DNA from: Pseudomonadota bacterium
GTDB taxonomy: Bacteria; Desulfobacterota; Desulfobacteria; Desulfobacterales; JBDRRP01
NCBI GenBank assembly: GCA_043825735.1
Contig: JBDRRP010000041.1
Coordinates: 1-64,000, forward strand
DNA length: 64,000 nt
Direction: 5' to 3'
Shown here: positions 10,113-19,007 of the stretch, in pieces
Layout of the letters: each line of letters begins with the position of its first letter
Position numbering within the stretch: the first letter of the stretch is position 1
Program-made: the position numbers and the translations under genes
Notes under the pieces: generated by a model
Seen by the model: only the letters and a program-made list of their open reading frames with translations
Databases searched by the model: none
Told to the model about the DNA's origin: nothing

Positions 10113-10276
10113 TTAGAGTAATTGCCAGAATAATGTTCCGTTTCATTCCTGAGATCCTCTCGGGGTCGGGGTCGATATCGGGATCGATATCGATGTGTTC
10201 CAAGGCCGATAGCGATTTCGATGCTCACCAGGAGGTGTTGTGCAAACGGAACGTATTTATGTCACAATAGCTCTAA
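10113..10276 (+). mobile_element. MITE-like dispersed repeat, copy A
   Basis: Ends TTAGAGTAATTG...CAATAGCTCTAA form imperfect terminal inverted repeats that include GTTCCGTTT/AAACGGAAC. A near-identical inverted copy is at 42049-42216. Confidence 0.75.
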
Positions 10277-10603
10277 AATCACGGTTCTGGGCGCATACCG
10301 AGCCAGCGCCATGCATCCGCAGCAGCGGGGTACCGGAAAATGCATTCGCCCGTTTTCGCTATTTCTTTCTCTGCGTCCCTGCGCCGCTGCCGGAAACATC
10401 TCTTGGGTTTCCGCACTACCGGAACGCCCGAGTTGAGGCCCCGGCGCTTATCCTTGCCACCGAACGGGAATGACTTTACAACGCCGGGGCGCGCATTAAT
10501 GTATGCCCTGCCCGGATCGGTTCACCGGGATGGCCATACCCTCATTAAAAAAGGCAACATCCCGGCGCTGAGCGTCGCGCGCCGGGATGAGAAAGGAATG
10601 GAT

Positions 10604-11203
10604 ATGAGCGTACTCGTTGCAAAACCGGCACCCGATTTCACGGCGCCCGCAGTTATGCCCAGCGGGATCATCGAAGACCAGTTCGCCCTGAGCAGCCTCA
10701 AGGGCAAATACGTCGTGCTCTTCTTCTGGCCCCTGGACTTCACATTCGTCTGCCCTACCGAGATTCTGGCCCACGAGCACCGCATCGCCAAGTTCAAGGA
10801 GCAGGGGGTCGAAGTAGTGGGCATCTCCATCGATTCCCAGTTCACCCATTTTGCCTGGCGCAATACCCCGGTCAAGGAAGGCGGCATCGGGGAAGTCTCC
10901 TTCCCCATGGTGGCCGACATCAATCACACCATCTGCCGGGCCTACGGAATCGAACACCCCGACGGCGTGGCGCTCAGGGCCTCCTTTCTCATTGACCGGC
11001 AGGGCATCGTTCAGCACCAGGTGGTCAACAATCTGCCCCTGGGAAGAAATGTGGACGAAATGCTGCGCCTGGTGGACGCGTTGAAGTTCCACGAAGAAAA
11101 CGGCGAGGTCTGCCCGGCCGGATGGCAGAAAGGCGATGCCGGGATGACGCCCTCCAGCGACGGCGTGGCCGACTATCTGAAGACCAAAGCGGACGTCCTG
11201 TGA
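10604..11203 (+). CDS. ahpC: 2-Cys peroxiredoxin (AhpC/TSA)
   Basis: FFWPLDFTFVCPTE and GEVCPAGW. RBS AAAGGA upstream. Confidence 0.93.
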   Translation: MSVLVAKPAPDFTAPAVMPSGIIEDQFALSSLKGKYVVLFFWPLDFTFVCPTEILAHEHRIAKFKEQGVEVVGISIDSQFTHFAWRNTPVKEGGIGEVSFPMVADINHTICRAYGIEHPDGVALRASFLIDRQGIVQHQVVNNLPLGRNVDEMLRLVDALKFHEENGEVCPAGWQKGDAGMTPSSDGVADYLKTKADVL

Positions 11204-12282
11204 TGTCGCACAGACTCCCCATCGCCGCTGCAACCGGTCTGGGTTCAATGCCCTTTACCGATCCCGACGAGGCGCTGGCCCGGGTGGCGCGCTTTTTCCC
11301 GGAAATCCCCTATTGGCCGCAACTGCCGCGAAAAAATGCGGCGGAAGGCCTGGTCCTTCAGGTCCTGCACTTCTTTGAAGAAACCGGCCTGATCCGGATC
11401 GATGGGGACCGGGCGGTGTTTCTCACGCGACGCCCCGACTGGCCCGAGCGGCTCACCGATGCCTACACCACCCTGATGGCGGCTGAAGCCGGGGAATCGG
11501 CCGCCCTGGACCGTTTCGGTCTGCACCCGGATTCGGCCAGCGGTTTCTTCCGTTTCCTTGAAGTTTTTCACGAAACCGCCCCCGGGGCGGCCTGGATCAA
11601 AGGCCAGGTGGCAGGCCCCCTCACCGTGGGCTTTCAGGTGACAGACCAGGACGGGCGGATGGCCTTCTACGACGATACGCTTCGGGACATCCTCCTTCAG
11701 TCCATTGCCTTGCACGCCCGGTGGCAGTGCCGTAAACTGGCCGCACTGGGACGGCCGGTCATTCTTTTCGTGGACGACCCCTCCATTGCCGCTTTCGGGA
11801 AGTACAACCACATCACCCTCGAGCGGGAAGCGATCATGGCGGCCATCGAGCCCATTTTCACCGCGATTCACGGCGAGCAGGCCGCGGCCGGGCTTCACAG
11901 CTGCGACGGGGCCGACTGGACCCTCGTCACGGAAAGCAGCGCCGACATTTTAAGCCTGGATGCCTATCAGTTCGGCCACACACTTTCGGTCTATGCCGAT
12001 CACTGCCGCCGCTTTATCCGCCGCGGCGGCACCATCGCCTGGGGCATCGTACCCACCATGGCCGCGGCCGACGACGAAACGGTGCAAGGTCTGCTTGACC
12101 GGCTGATAACGCTCTGCGAAACCCTGTCCGACGAGACGGTCCCGGCGAAGCAATTTCTCCAACAGGGGCTGGTCACACCGGCCTGCGGCACCGGACTGCT
12201 TTCGCCGGATCTGGCCGATACCATCTTCACTCTGACCGCCGGCGTTTCCGAGGCCGTGCGCCGCTTCGTGGCCGCGCGATGA
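11203..12282 (+). CDS. core (single-barrel) cobalamin-independent methionine synthase-like protein
   Basis: TGLGSMP, PYWPQLP, KGQVAGPLT, putative Zn ligands HSC and TPACG, AWGIVPT. Start overlaps the ahpC stop. Confidence 0.7.
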   Translation: MSHRLPIAAATGLGSMPFTDPDEALARVARFFPEIPYWPQLPRKNAAEGLVLQVLHFFEETGLIRIDGDRAVFLTRRPDWPERLTDAYTTLMAAEAGESAALDRFGLHPDSASGFFRFLEVFHETAPGAAWIKGQVAGPLTVGFQVTDQDGRMAFYDDTLRDILLQSIALHARWQCRKLAALGRPVILFVDDPSIAAFGKYNHITLEREAIMAAIEPIFTAIHGEQAAAGLHSCDGADWTLVTESSADILSLDAYQFGHTLSVYADHCRRFIRRGGTIAWGIVPTMAAADDETVQGLLDRLITLCETLSDETVPAKQFLQQGLVTPACGTGLLSPDLADTIFTLTAGVSEAVRRFVAAR

Positions 12283-12354
12283 CAGAACAAGTGTAAAACC
12301 ATTGGCGGGGTCGTAGGCAACAGTTCGATTGCAAAATCACAGGAGTAAACGATC

Positions 12355-13428
12355 ATGAAGCACATTCGGTTCAGTCAGACCCTTTTGGCCCTCGGTCTCT
12401 GGTGCGCCGTGGCGATCGCGGCACTGAGCGCCCCGGCCGCGGCGGCATCCTCCGCAGTGACCGCCGTGACCTCGACGGCGGCATTCGACGCGGCCATCAC
12501 CGGCGGCGACCGCCTGGTCTTGGTGGAGTTCACCGCCGACTGGTGCGCCCCCTGCCGAAAGGTGGCGCCCATCATTTCTGCCATCGCTGCCGAGAACCCG
12601 AACATCCGGGTGTATGTCGTCGATGTGGATAATAACGGCGAGCTGGCCGCCCGCGAAGGTATTCGGGGGATTCCCTACGTCGCATTCTACCGAAAGGGAC
12701 AAAAAGTCTATGACCTGGTGGGTCTCCACGCGGAATACCGCTATCACCAAGCCATCCGGCAGCTCGACGCTGCTGCGAGCGATGCGGCCGACGGCGATAT
12801 CGTCAACGGCGTCCGTGTGATCCGCCGGCCCGCCGCCGCAACCATAGACTCGATCTATGTCTATCGCGGCGAGACCGTGCTTCTGAGCATGGCACCCGCC
12901 GACACCGCGTACGCCATCCACATCCCCGGCCTCTCCGTGTCAGCTGAAAACACCGCAGCCAAACCGCTGGACATCCGCTTCAAGGCAAAATCCGTGGGGG
13001 TCTACCCGATCTACTGCAACGGCGCCTGCCCCACCGGCGACGGCATGCAGACCGGGCGCATCGTGGTGATGCCCTATGCCGAAGCCGCCGAGACCGCTGA
13101 TACCAGCTACACGGAGGTCTCCGCGGCCGAGGCGCGGCAGTTGATCTCTGCGGAAAACCCGTTCATCCTGGACGTGCGCACCCCCATGGAATTTAAAAGC
13201 GGATACATCCCGGGGGCGGTGCTGATTCCGGTCCAGCAACTGGCCGACCGGATCGGCGAGATCGCTTCCCAGCGTGACCGCAAAATTCTCATCTACTGCC
13301 GCTCGGGCAATCGCAGCACCGTGGCCGCGGAAATCCTCCACCGCGCCGGGTTTCGCGCCGTGTGGAATTTGCGACACGGTATACTGGAATGGCAGGCCGC
13401 GGGTTATCCTGTGACAACGCCCGGGTAG
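12355..13428 (+). CDS. exported thioredoxin + cupredoxin-like + rhodanese fusion
   Basis: Signal peptide; WCAPC; IYCNGACPTGDGMQTGRIVV; ILDVRTPMEF and YCRSGNRS. Confidence 0.8.
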   Translation: MKHIRFSQTLLALGLWCAVAIAALSAPAAAASSAVTAVTSTAAFDAAITGGDRLVLVEFTADWCAPCRKVAPIISAIAAENPNIRVYVVDVDNNGELAAREGIRGIPYVAFYRKGQKVYDLVGLHAEYRYHQAIRQLDAAASDAADGDIVNGVRVIRRPAAATIDSIYVYRGETVLLSMAPADTAYAIHIPGLSVSAENTAAKPLDIRFKAKSVGVYPIYCNGACPTGDGMQTGRIVVMPYAEAAETADTSYTEVSAAEARQLISAENPFILDVRTPMEFKSGYIPGAVLIPVQQLADRIGEIASQRDRKILIYCRSGNRSTVAAEILHRAGFRAVWNLRHGILEWQAAGYPVTTPG

Positions 13429-13735
13429 ACGCGCCGATGGCACAGCCAGGAACCAAGTTTCGCGCATCAGTCTTCGATCTGCGAGCTGCGCCGAAAAAGA
13501 AGACCCCAAGTGCGCATAGAAAAACATTTTATATCAATTTGTTAGCTTTGCGATCTCTGCGGCTTTGCGAAAGATTCGGACTTTTTACGGGGCTATCAAA
13601 ACTGGGTCGTTAGAGATTTATTTTTGTGCCATTTTGGCACCCGGAAAAGGAGATTATCGAGCGATCCGACGGCGGCCGCGATCTTCTTCTACCCGTGTCG
13701 GAATCGCCGGATGAGTCTGTAAGTACTGTGCGCCG

Positions 13736-13767
13736 GTCGCCCCCCGCGCGGGGGCGTGGATTGAAAC
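13736..13767 (+). CRISPR. solitary type I-C CRISPR repeat (no array, no cas genes in window)
   Basis: GTCGCCCCCCGCGCGGGGGCGTGGATTGAAAC: 32 bp with an internal CGCCCCC/GGGGGCG hairpin and an ATTGAAAC end, the type I-C repeat form. No second copy at the expected ~66 bp spacing. Confidence 0.85.
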
Positions 13768-13926
13768 TACGGTTGGCGATTCAATGGCATCGCTGATACG
13801 GCCAGATCGATCTTGAAATTGGAAATGATCAATGTAAGTGTAAGTTTACATAAAAACCATCAGCCGGCTCGCCTGGATTGGCTGGAACCGGAAATCATCT
13901 GTGGCACTGATTTTTGGGGGACATTT

Positions 13927-14733
13927 ATGTTCGGCTTTCTGAAAAACCTCGACCAAGACCTCCGCAAGGCGTTGATGATCCAATTGAGGGACCTGTGGAC
14001 ACATACCTCCACGGCCATCGAAGGCAACACGCTGACTCTGGGTGAAACCGCCTTTGTTCTTGAAGAGGGGCTGACCATTTCAGGCAAGCCACTAAAGGAT
14101 CATCAGGAGGTGGTGGGGCATGCCCAGGCCATTGACATGGTTTACGATTTCCTGAAAAGGGAAAGTGCGTTCACGGAAACAGATCTGTTCGCATTGCACA
14201 AAGCGGTTCAGACCGAAGTCGTTGTGGATGTGTATAAGCCCGTCGGTGGATGGAAAAAGGAGCCGAATTCTACCGTTGGCGTCGTCAATGGACGACAGGT
14301 GATTTTTGAATACGGCCGGCCGGCAGATGTACCCCGGCTGATGGCGGCGTGGTTTACGTTGTATCGCAATTTGGCCCGGGCCCTCCGCCCTGGAGACGAC
14401 CAGACTGCGTTGAACGCCTATGTACGCCTGCACATCGGGTTCGTGCGGATTCATCCGTTTTTTGATGGCAACGGCCGGTTGGCCCGGCTGGTTTCCAATC
14501 TGCCGGTTTTGAAAGCAGGGCTTCCCCCCATTATCATCCCCAGGGAAAAGCGAAAGGCCTATATTGAAACGTTGTCGGCATATCATTTCGCCGTGGGGCA
14601 GATCCGGGCTGGCGATGAACTGGTGCCGGAGATAGAAGCATTGCAGCATTTTACCCTGTTTTGCAAAGAAGCCTGGGAAGCGTCCATGACGCTGGTGCGT
14701 GAAGCGCAAAAAAAGCAGCAAAATAGGTTATGA
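13927..14733 (+). CDS. Fic family protein
   Basis: Canonical HPFFDGNGRLAR motif and N-terminal STAIEGN inhibitory-helix motif. Confidence 0.92.
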   Translation: MFGFLKNLDQDLRKALMIQLRDLWTHTSTAIEGNTLTLGETAFVLEEGLTISGKPLKDHQEVVGHAQAIDMVYDFLKRESAFTETDLFALHKAVQTEVVVDVYKPVGGWKKEPNSTVGVVNGRQVIFEYGRPADVPRLMAAWFTLYRNLARALRPGDDQTALNAYVRLHIGFVRIHPFFDGNGRLARLVSNLPVLKAGLPPIIIPREKRKAYIETLSAYHFAVGQIRAGDELVPEIEALQHFTLFCKEAWEASMTLVREAQKKQQNRL

Positions 14734-14844
14734 ATTGCAGGTCGGTGACATCGGCGATCGTCTGGAAGTGGCGGTCCCGGTTCTGCGGGGCCGCGTTGTT
14801 TTGGATGCGATGCAGGCCGAAGCCGGTTACGGGACGCTCAATGA

Positions 14845-17157
14845 TTATTTGACGCCGGGATCATTTTGCGGCCGGGGTTTGGCCCTTTTGGCCATGATTA
14901 CGACCCCGGTCAGAGCCAGAATAAGCCCCAAAAGAGTCGCAGCGGCCCCTGCCTGCCAGCGCCAGGGAGAGAAGTGAAACCGAACCTGATGATGGCCTGC
15001 GGAGACGAAAACGCCCATGAACCCACCATTGACGCGCTCCAAGGAGGCCGGTTGTCCATCGACGGAAACCTGCCAGCCCGGGTACATGGTTTCCAGGAAA
15101 ACCACGAGACTCCGAACGGGGCTTTGTACTTCAAGATCTGCCCGGCGGGAAGATCGTTCGATTTTCCCGACCAGCCCCGGTGCCATTGACGGGCCTTGAT
15201 CCGGCAGTGGCCCCGTGCGTCCTTTTCCGGAAACAACGGCATGCACGGCAGGATCGAAATCGGATCCGCTAAGGATTGACACCCATTCGGCGTCATCCGC
15301 CACAAAATTCCAATCCTGTACAACATAGCACCGGGGACGCGTCTCCGGTACGCGATAGATATAGACCGGGGAAGCCCCCGGGGTTACATGCACCAAATCC
15401 ATTTGATCGGACGCCAGCGGATAAGGAGACACCGTGTACTGAACCCCGAAAAATCGCAGGGCCTTTATACCCTCCGCGGATAAAAACTCCTGGAACCGGC
15501 TCGCCCCGCGATGACGCAGGGAATAACCGGCACGAATGTCATTGATCCCGAACTGCATGGATATGGGGTCCACCAGACGCTCGATCAGTGCAAGGGTGAC
15601 GGATGACGGCTGATCCTTCCGGCGGGACCGGTTAATACCGGGGGGGTCGAAAGCCAGTATGCGCGGCGCGGCGCCGGTAGCCGTGGTACCTTGCCCAAGA
15701 AGCCATCGGGCCGCCGGCGGTGGCCGGAGAAGCCGGTTGGCATCGAGGGTCTGATTCACGTCGACATGAGCGACGAACAGTTCCACGGCCAGCAGGCCGA
15801 TCAACCCAAACGATTTGATGCGGGCGGCAGCGCTGCCGGCGCACAACACAAAAGCGACCAGGCCGAAACCCAGCCCCAGAGTGATCTTCTCTTTTAAAAA
15901 AATGGCCTGAAACGAGGGACCCGGGCCTGCCGGGCCGAGAACGATGTGCGCTGCGCTCATCCAGCCCGCGAGGGCAACGGCAAAAAATCCTACCCCGACG
16001 AGTTGGAACCGCACGGATAACCTGCCGCCCGCCACAATGCGATCGAAACCGAAAGCGGCCAACAAACAGATCGACAGGTGGGAAAGAAGGAAAAATTTTT
16101 CGGGAAACCGAAACTGCGAAAAAACCGGCATTTGAAAAAGCCACCGATACAGCGTCGAGTGACGTCCCAGAGCCAGCCCTATGCCGAGGACGCAAAGAAA
16201 AAGGAAAACGAGCCGTCCCCGGGACGGGGTTCGCATCGCCGCCCAGGCCAGCAGCAACGTCGTGATACCCAGGTGGATGCTGAAAATGTAGGGACCCTGT
16301 TTTTCCCAAAAACCGTATCCCCAGCCAATCGACGATTCGGCGCTGACAAAACCGTGAGGAATAAACAGACTTAGCAGGGTTCCCGGCTCCATGGACCATT
16401 TGGTAGCCGCCTCGAACGACAACCCCTGGGTTCGATTCGAAAAGGATAGAAATTCCCAAAACGGAAGTATCTGGACCATGGCCAGAAAGACGCCGACAAT
16501 GCCGGCACCGACCAGGTAGTAAAGATCCCGGATCGAAGCCCCTTTTGGTGCGGTCAGGGGCAGAAATGCGCAGAAACCGAATGTCAGCACCGTGATCTGC
16601 GGTTCTCCACCCAACCACAGCAGGGCACTGGCGATACCGGTCATCAGCATCCAGACACTTTTGTGCGGCCAACCCGGCTTATCGACCAGTTTCTTGAACG
16701 CCAGCAGCACCCACGGCATGTACGTGGTCGAATTGAGCATGATCGGCAGGTGCCCCAGAGAGATGAAGAACCCGCCATAGGTAAAAGCGATCGCTGAAAA
16801 CACGGCTGCAGGGACTGAAACGGCGAACTGCCGGCTCAGGGCAAAAACGCCGAATGAAGCCACCCAAAAATGGCTGACGATAAAAAAGTTAAAACCCCAT
16901 ATTCCTGGCAAGGGGAGACTGATCAAGTGGAGCAGGTCGAAGGTATAGGCCTGGGGATTTGCGTAATGGGGAAGGCCTGTGAACAGCAGCGGATTCCACA
17001 GCCCCGGCCAGTGGCCTTTTAACCAGAGATGGTTGGGAATCTCCTCATAGGCCATATCCATCTGAAAAAAGGTCTGTGCACCAAAGAGCACCGGATAAAA
17101 GAAAACAAGCGGCAGCAACGCCAGGATAACAATGTCTATCTTGCTTTCTGTTTCCAC
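14845..17157 (-). CDS. YfhO family multipass membrane protein (putative GT-C glycosyltransferase)
   Basis: LWNPLLFTGLP, QFRFPEKF, many TM segments, C-terminal YPGWQVSVDG...VNGGFMGV...GHHQVRFHFSP. Confidence 0.8.
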   Translation of the reverse strand: METESKIDIVILALLPLVFFYPVLFGAQTFFQMDMAYEEIPNHLWLKGHWPGLWNPLLFTGLPHYANPQAYTFDLLHLISLPLPGIWGFNFFIVSHFWVASFGVFALSRQFAVSVPAAVFSAIAFTYGGFFISLGHLPIMLNSTTYMPWVLLAFKKLVDKPGWPHKSVWMLMTGIASALLWLGGEPQITVLTFGFCAFLPLTAPKGASIRDLYYLVGAGIVGVFLAMVQILPFWEFLSFSNRTQGLSFEAATKWSMEPGTLLSLFIPHGFVSAESSIGWGYGFWEKQGPYIFSIHLGITTLLLAWAAMRTPSRGRLVFLFLCVLGIGLALGRHSTLYRWLFQMPVFSQFRFPEKFFLLSHLSICLLAAFGFDRIVAGGRLSVRFQLVGVGFFAVALAGWMSAAHIVLGPAGPGPSFQAIFLKEKITLGLGFGLVAFVLCAGSAAARIKSFGLIGLLAVELFVAHVDVNQTLDANRLLRPPPAARWLLGQGTTATGAAPRILAFDPPGINRSRRKDQPSSVTLALIERLVDPISMQFGINDIRAGYSLRHRGASRFQEFLSAEGIKALRFFGVQYTVSPYPLASDQMDLVHVTPGASPVYIYRVPETRPRCYVVQDWNFVADDAEWVSILSGSDFDPAVHAVVSGKGRTGPLPDQGPSMAPGLVGKIERSSRRADLEVQSPVRSLVVFLETMYPGWQVSVDGQPASLERVNGGFMGVFVSAGHHQVRFHFSPWRWQAGAAATLLGLILALTGVVIMAKRAKPRPQNDPGVK

Positions 17158-17233
17158 ATCAACCGGCCATTTTCGCTGAAAAGAGTGAAATCGCCCCGTA
17201 GCGGACTGCGGGCGAAGCGCGCGCTGTGCCGGC

Positions 17234-17929
17234 TCAGATGCTGGCCCCGAACCGTTCCCTGATCAGGACCCACAGCGCGTGAAAAAAGTCGGGCCACCTG
17301 ATTTTTTTCCCCTCCGCCCAGGTCCGGGGATTGTATCGAATGGGGATTTCCTTGATCTTGATGCCTTTTCGGGCGACTTTGGCGGTCACCTCGGGACAGA
17401 ATTCGAACCGCCGTGCCTTCAGCGGCAAGCTGGCAAGCAGCGCTCTGTCGAAAAGCTTGTAACATGTTGGCTCATCGGTCAACTGCAAGCCAAAAAGCAA
17501 ATTGGTCACGAGCGTCAGTGCTCTCCCCCCGATATAGGCGAGGGCGGAAGAGTGCCTTCGATTATCGGGATTCAGAATCCGTGATCCGTAGACAACGAGG
17601 AGCGATTCTTTCACCGCAGTAGAGACCAGCCGTGGAATGTCTTCAGGGTCATATTCAAGGTCGGCATCCTGAATCAGGACGTAATCTCCAGAGGCGACTT
17701 CGATCCCGGCTCTTACGGCAGTGCCCTTGCCCTTGTTTTTTCCGAGGAACACCACCCGGTAACGTTCTTTTTGAGAATCAAGATATTCCCTGGAGCCATC
17801 CGTGGAACCGTCATCCACGAAAATGATTTCCTTTTCGGTGCCCTCGATCTGCATCGCCTCGATGCGGCTGATCAGGACCGGAAGTGTGCGGCATTCGTTG
17901 AAAACCGGAATGATGATGGAGAGCCGCAA
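17234..17929 (-). CDS. GT2 glycosyltransferase (polyprenol-phosphate glycosyltransferase-like)
   Basis: SIIIPVFNE, VDDGSTDGS, IQDADLEYDP, LTDEPTCYK. Confidence 0.9.
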   Translation of the reverse strand: MRLSIIIPVFNECRTLPVLISRIEAMQIEGTEKEIIFVDDGSTDGSREYLDSQKERYRVVFLGKNKGKGTAVRAGIEVASGDYVLIQDADLEYDPEDIPRLVSTAVKESLLVVYGSRILNPDNRRHSSALAYIGGRALTLVTNLLFGLQLTDEPTCYKLFDRALLASLPLKARRFEFCPEVTAKVARKGIKIKEIPIRYNPRTWAEGKKIRWPDFFHALWVLIRERFGASI

Positions 17930-18320
17930 TGGCTTTCATTTCCTTTCACAAACTCGATGGACAGCGACAACCGGAAATGTGAAGCGGCCTGAAAGCCCGC
18001 CAAAAGGCTCGGTTCCAGTATCGCTCCAAAAATTGAAAATTTAGAGGGAACCATATCAGATATATGGCGAACATCAAGGCACCAGCGTTCATTTTCGGCA
18101 ATGACAGGCATTACCGGAATCGTATCGACATTTCGCTGCCATGCGCTGGTTGTTCTCGATAGGCCAGATGCCTGCTATCCTTAACGATCATCGCGCTATG
18201 TTGAACTGACGGCATTATATAGGAAGCGAACCCGGGCGTCCGGCCAGGCAATGGTTGACACGATTCCGGCTTTACGGGCATACTCACGGCAAATTGAGCG
18301 CTGTTTCCCGGGAGGCAGAC

Positions 18321-19007
18321 ATGATCACGTTCCGGCATCACTTTTGTCTCACAGTTGTTTTCGCCATCCTGGCGTTGAGCTTCGGATCGGCGGCAGCGGA
18401 AGACGACATGCCGATCCGGTTCCGCTACGCGTTTGTGGCATTCAACCCGTCCCCTGCCGGCGGCGAGCTAGTCCCCATCACCCAGGACACGGCACTCGCC
18501 TCCGGAGACTACTTCAAATTCTATATCGAAAAAGACGCCCCCTGCCATATCTACCTGGTCTATCTGAGCGCAGAGAAAGAAATCCATCTGCTCTTTCCGA
18601 CCAATTTCAGCCAGGGCACCCCGCCGCCCGAAGTGGCCGTCCCCTATTACGTGCCGCATGGAAAGCACTGGTTTCGTCTCGACACGAATACGGGGGAGGA
18701 GCGCTTCTACCTGCTGGCATCCAGCGATCGCCTCATTGCATTGGAAGAGCTCTTCACCGGCCTGGCGACGGCGACCGATGACGCGGACAAGGACCTTCTC
18801 CGGGTAAAGATCAAGGGAGAAATCCGGCGCCTGCGGTGGGAAAATCGAAACTTTCAGCGGGCGGCCGAGCGGCCGGTGGCCATCATGGGCCAGCTCAGAG
18901 GGCTTCCCGGCAACGACATGCCGCCCCCGCAGAAGGTATCCGATCTGGCCACCATGATCAGCAGTCAAAACTTCTACAGCAAGGCGTTTACCATTGACCA
19001 CCGGTAA
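18321..19007 (+). CDS. exported DUF4384-like protein
   Basis: GGAGG RBS; signal peptide; LASGDYFKF...LLFP...WFRLDTNTGEERFYLLAS. Confidence 0.7.
   Translation: MITFRHHFCLTVVFAILALSFGSAAAEDDMPIRFRYAFVAFNPSPAGGELVPITQDTALASGDYFKFYIEKDAPCHIYLVYLSAEKEIHLLFPTNFSQGTPPPEVAVPYYVPHGKHWFRLDTNTGEERFYLLASSDRLIALEELFTGLATATDDADKDLLRVKIKGEIRRLRWENRNFQRAAERPVAIMGQLRGLPGNDMPPPQKVSDLATMISSQNFYSKAFTIDHR

Noticed and set aside
13768..13835. Second degenerate CRISPR repeat (TCTTGAAATTGGAAAT) forming a mini-array
   Set aside because: Only the TTGAAA-like end resembles the repeat; there is no GC hairpin and the spacing does not fit a 33-36 nt spacer.
14310..14317. Third guide/target block ATACGGCC shared between the repeat flank and fic
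   Set aside because: It needs a 10 nt gap, which is incompatible with an R-loop. Treated as chance.
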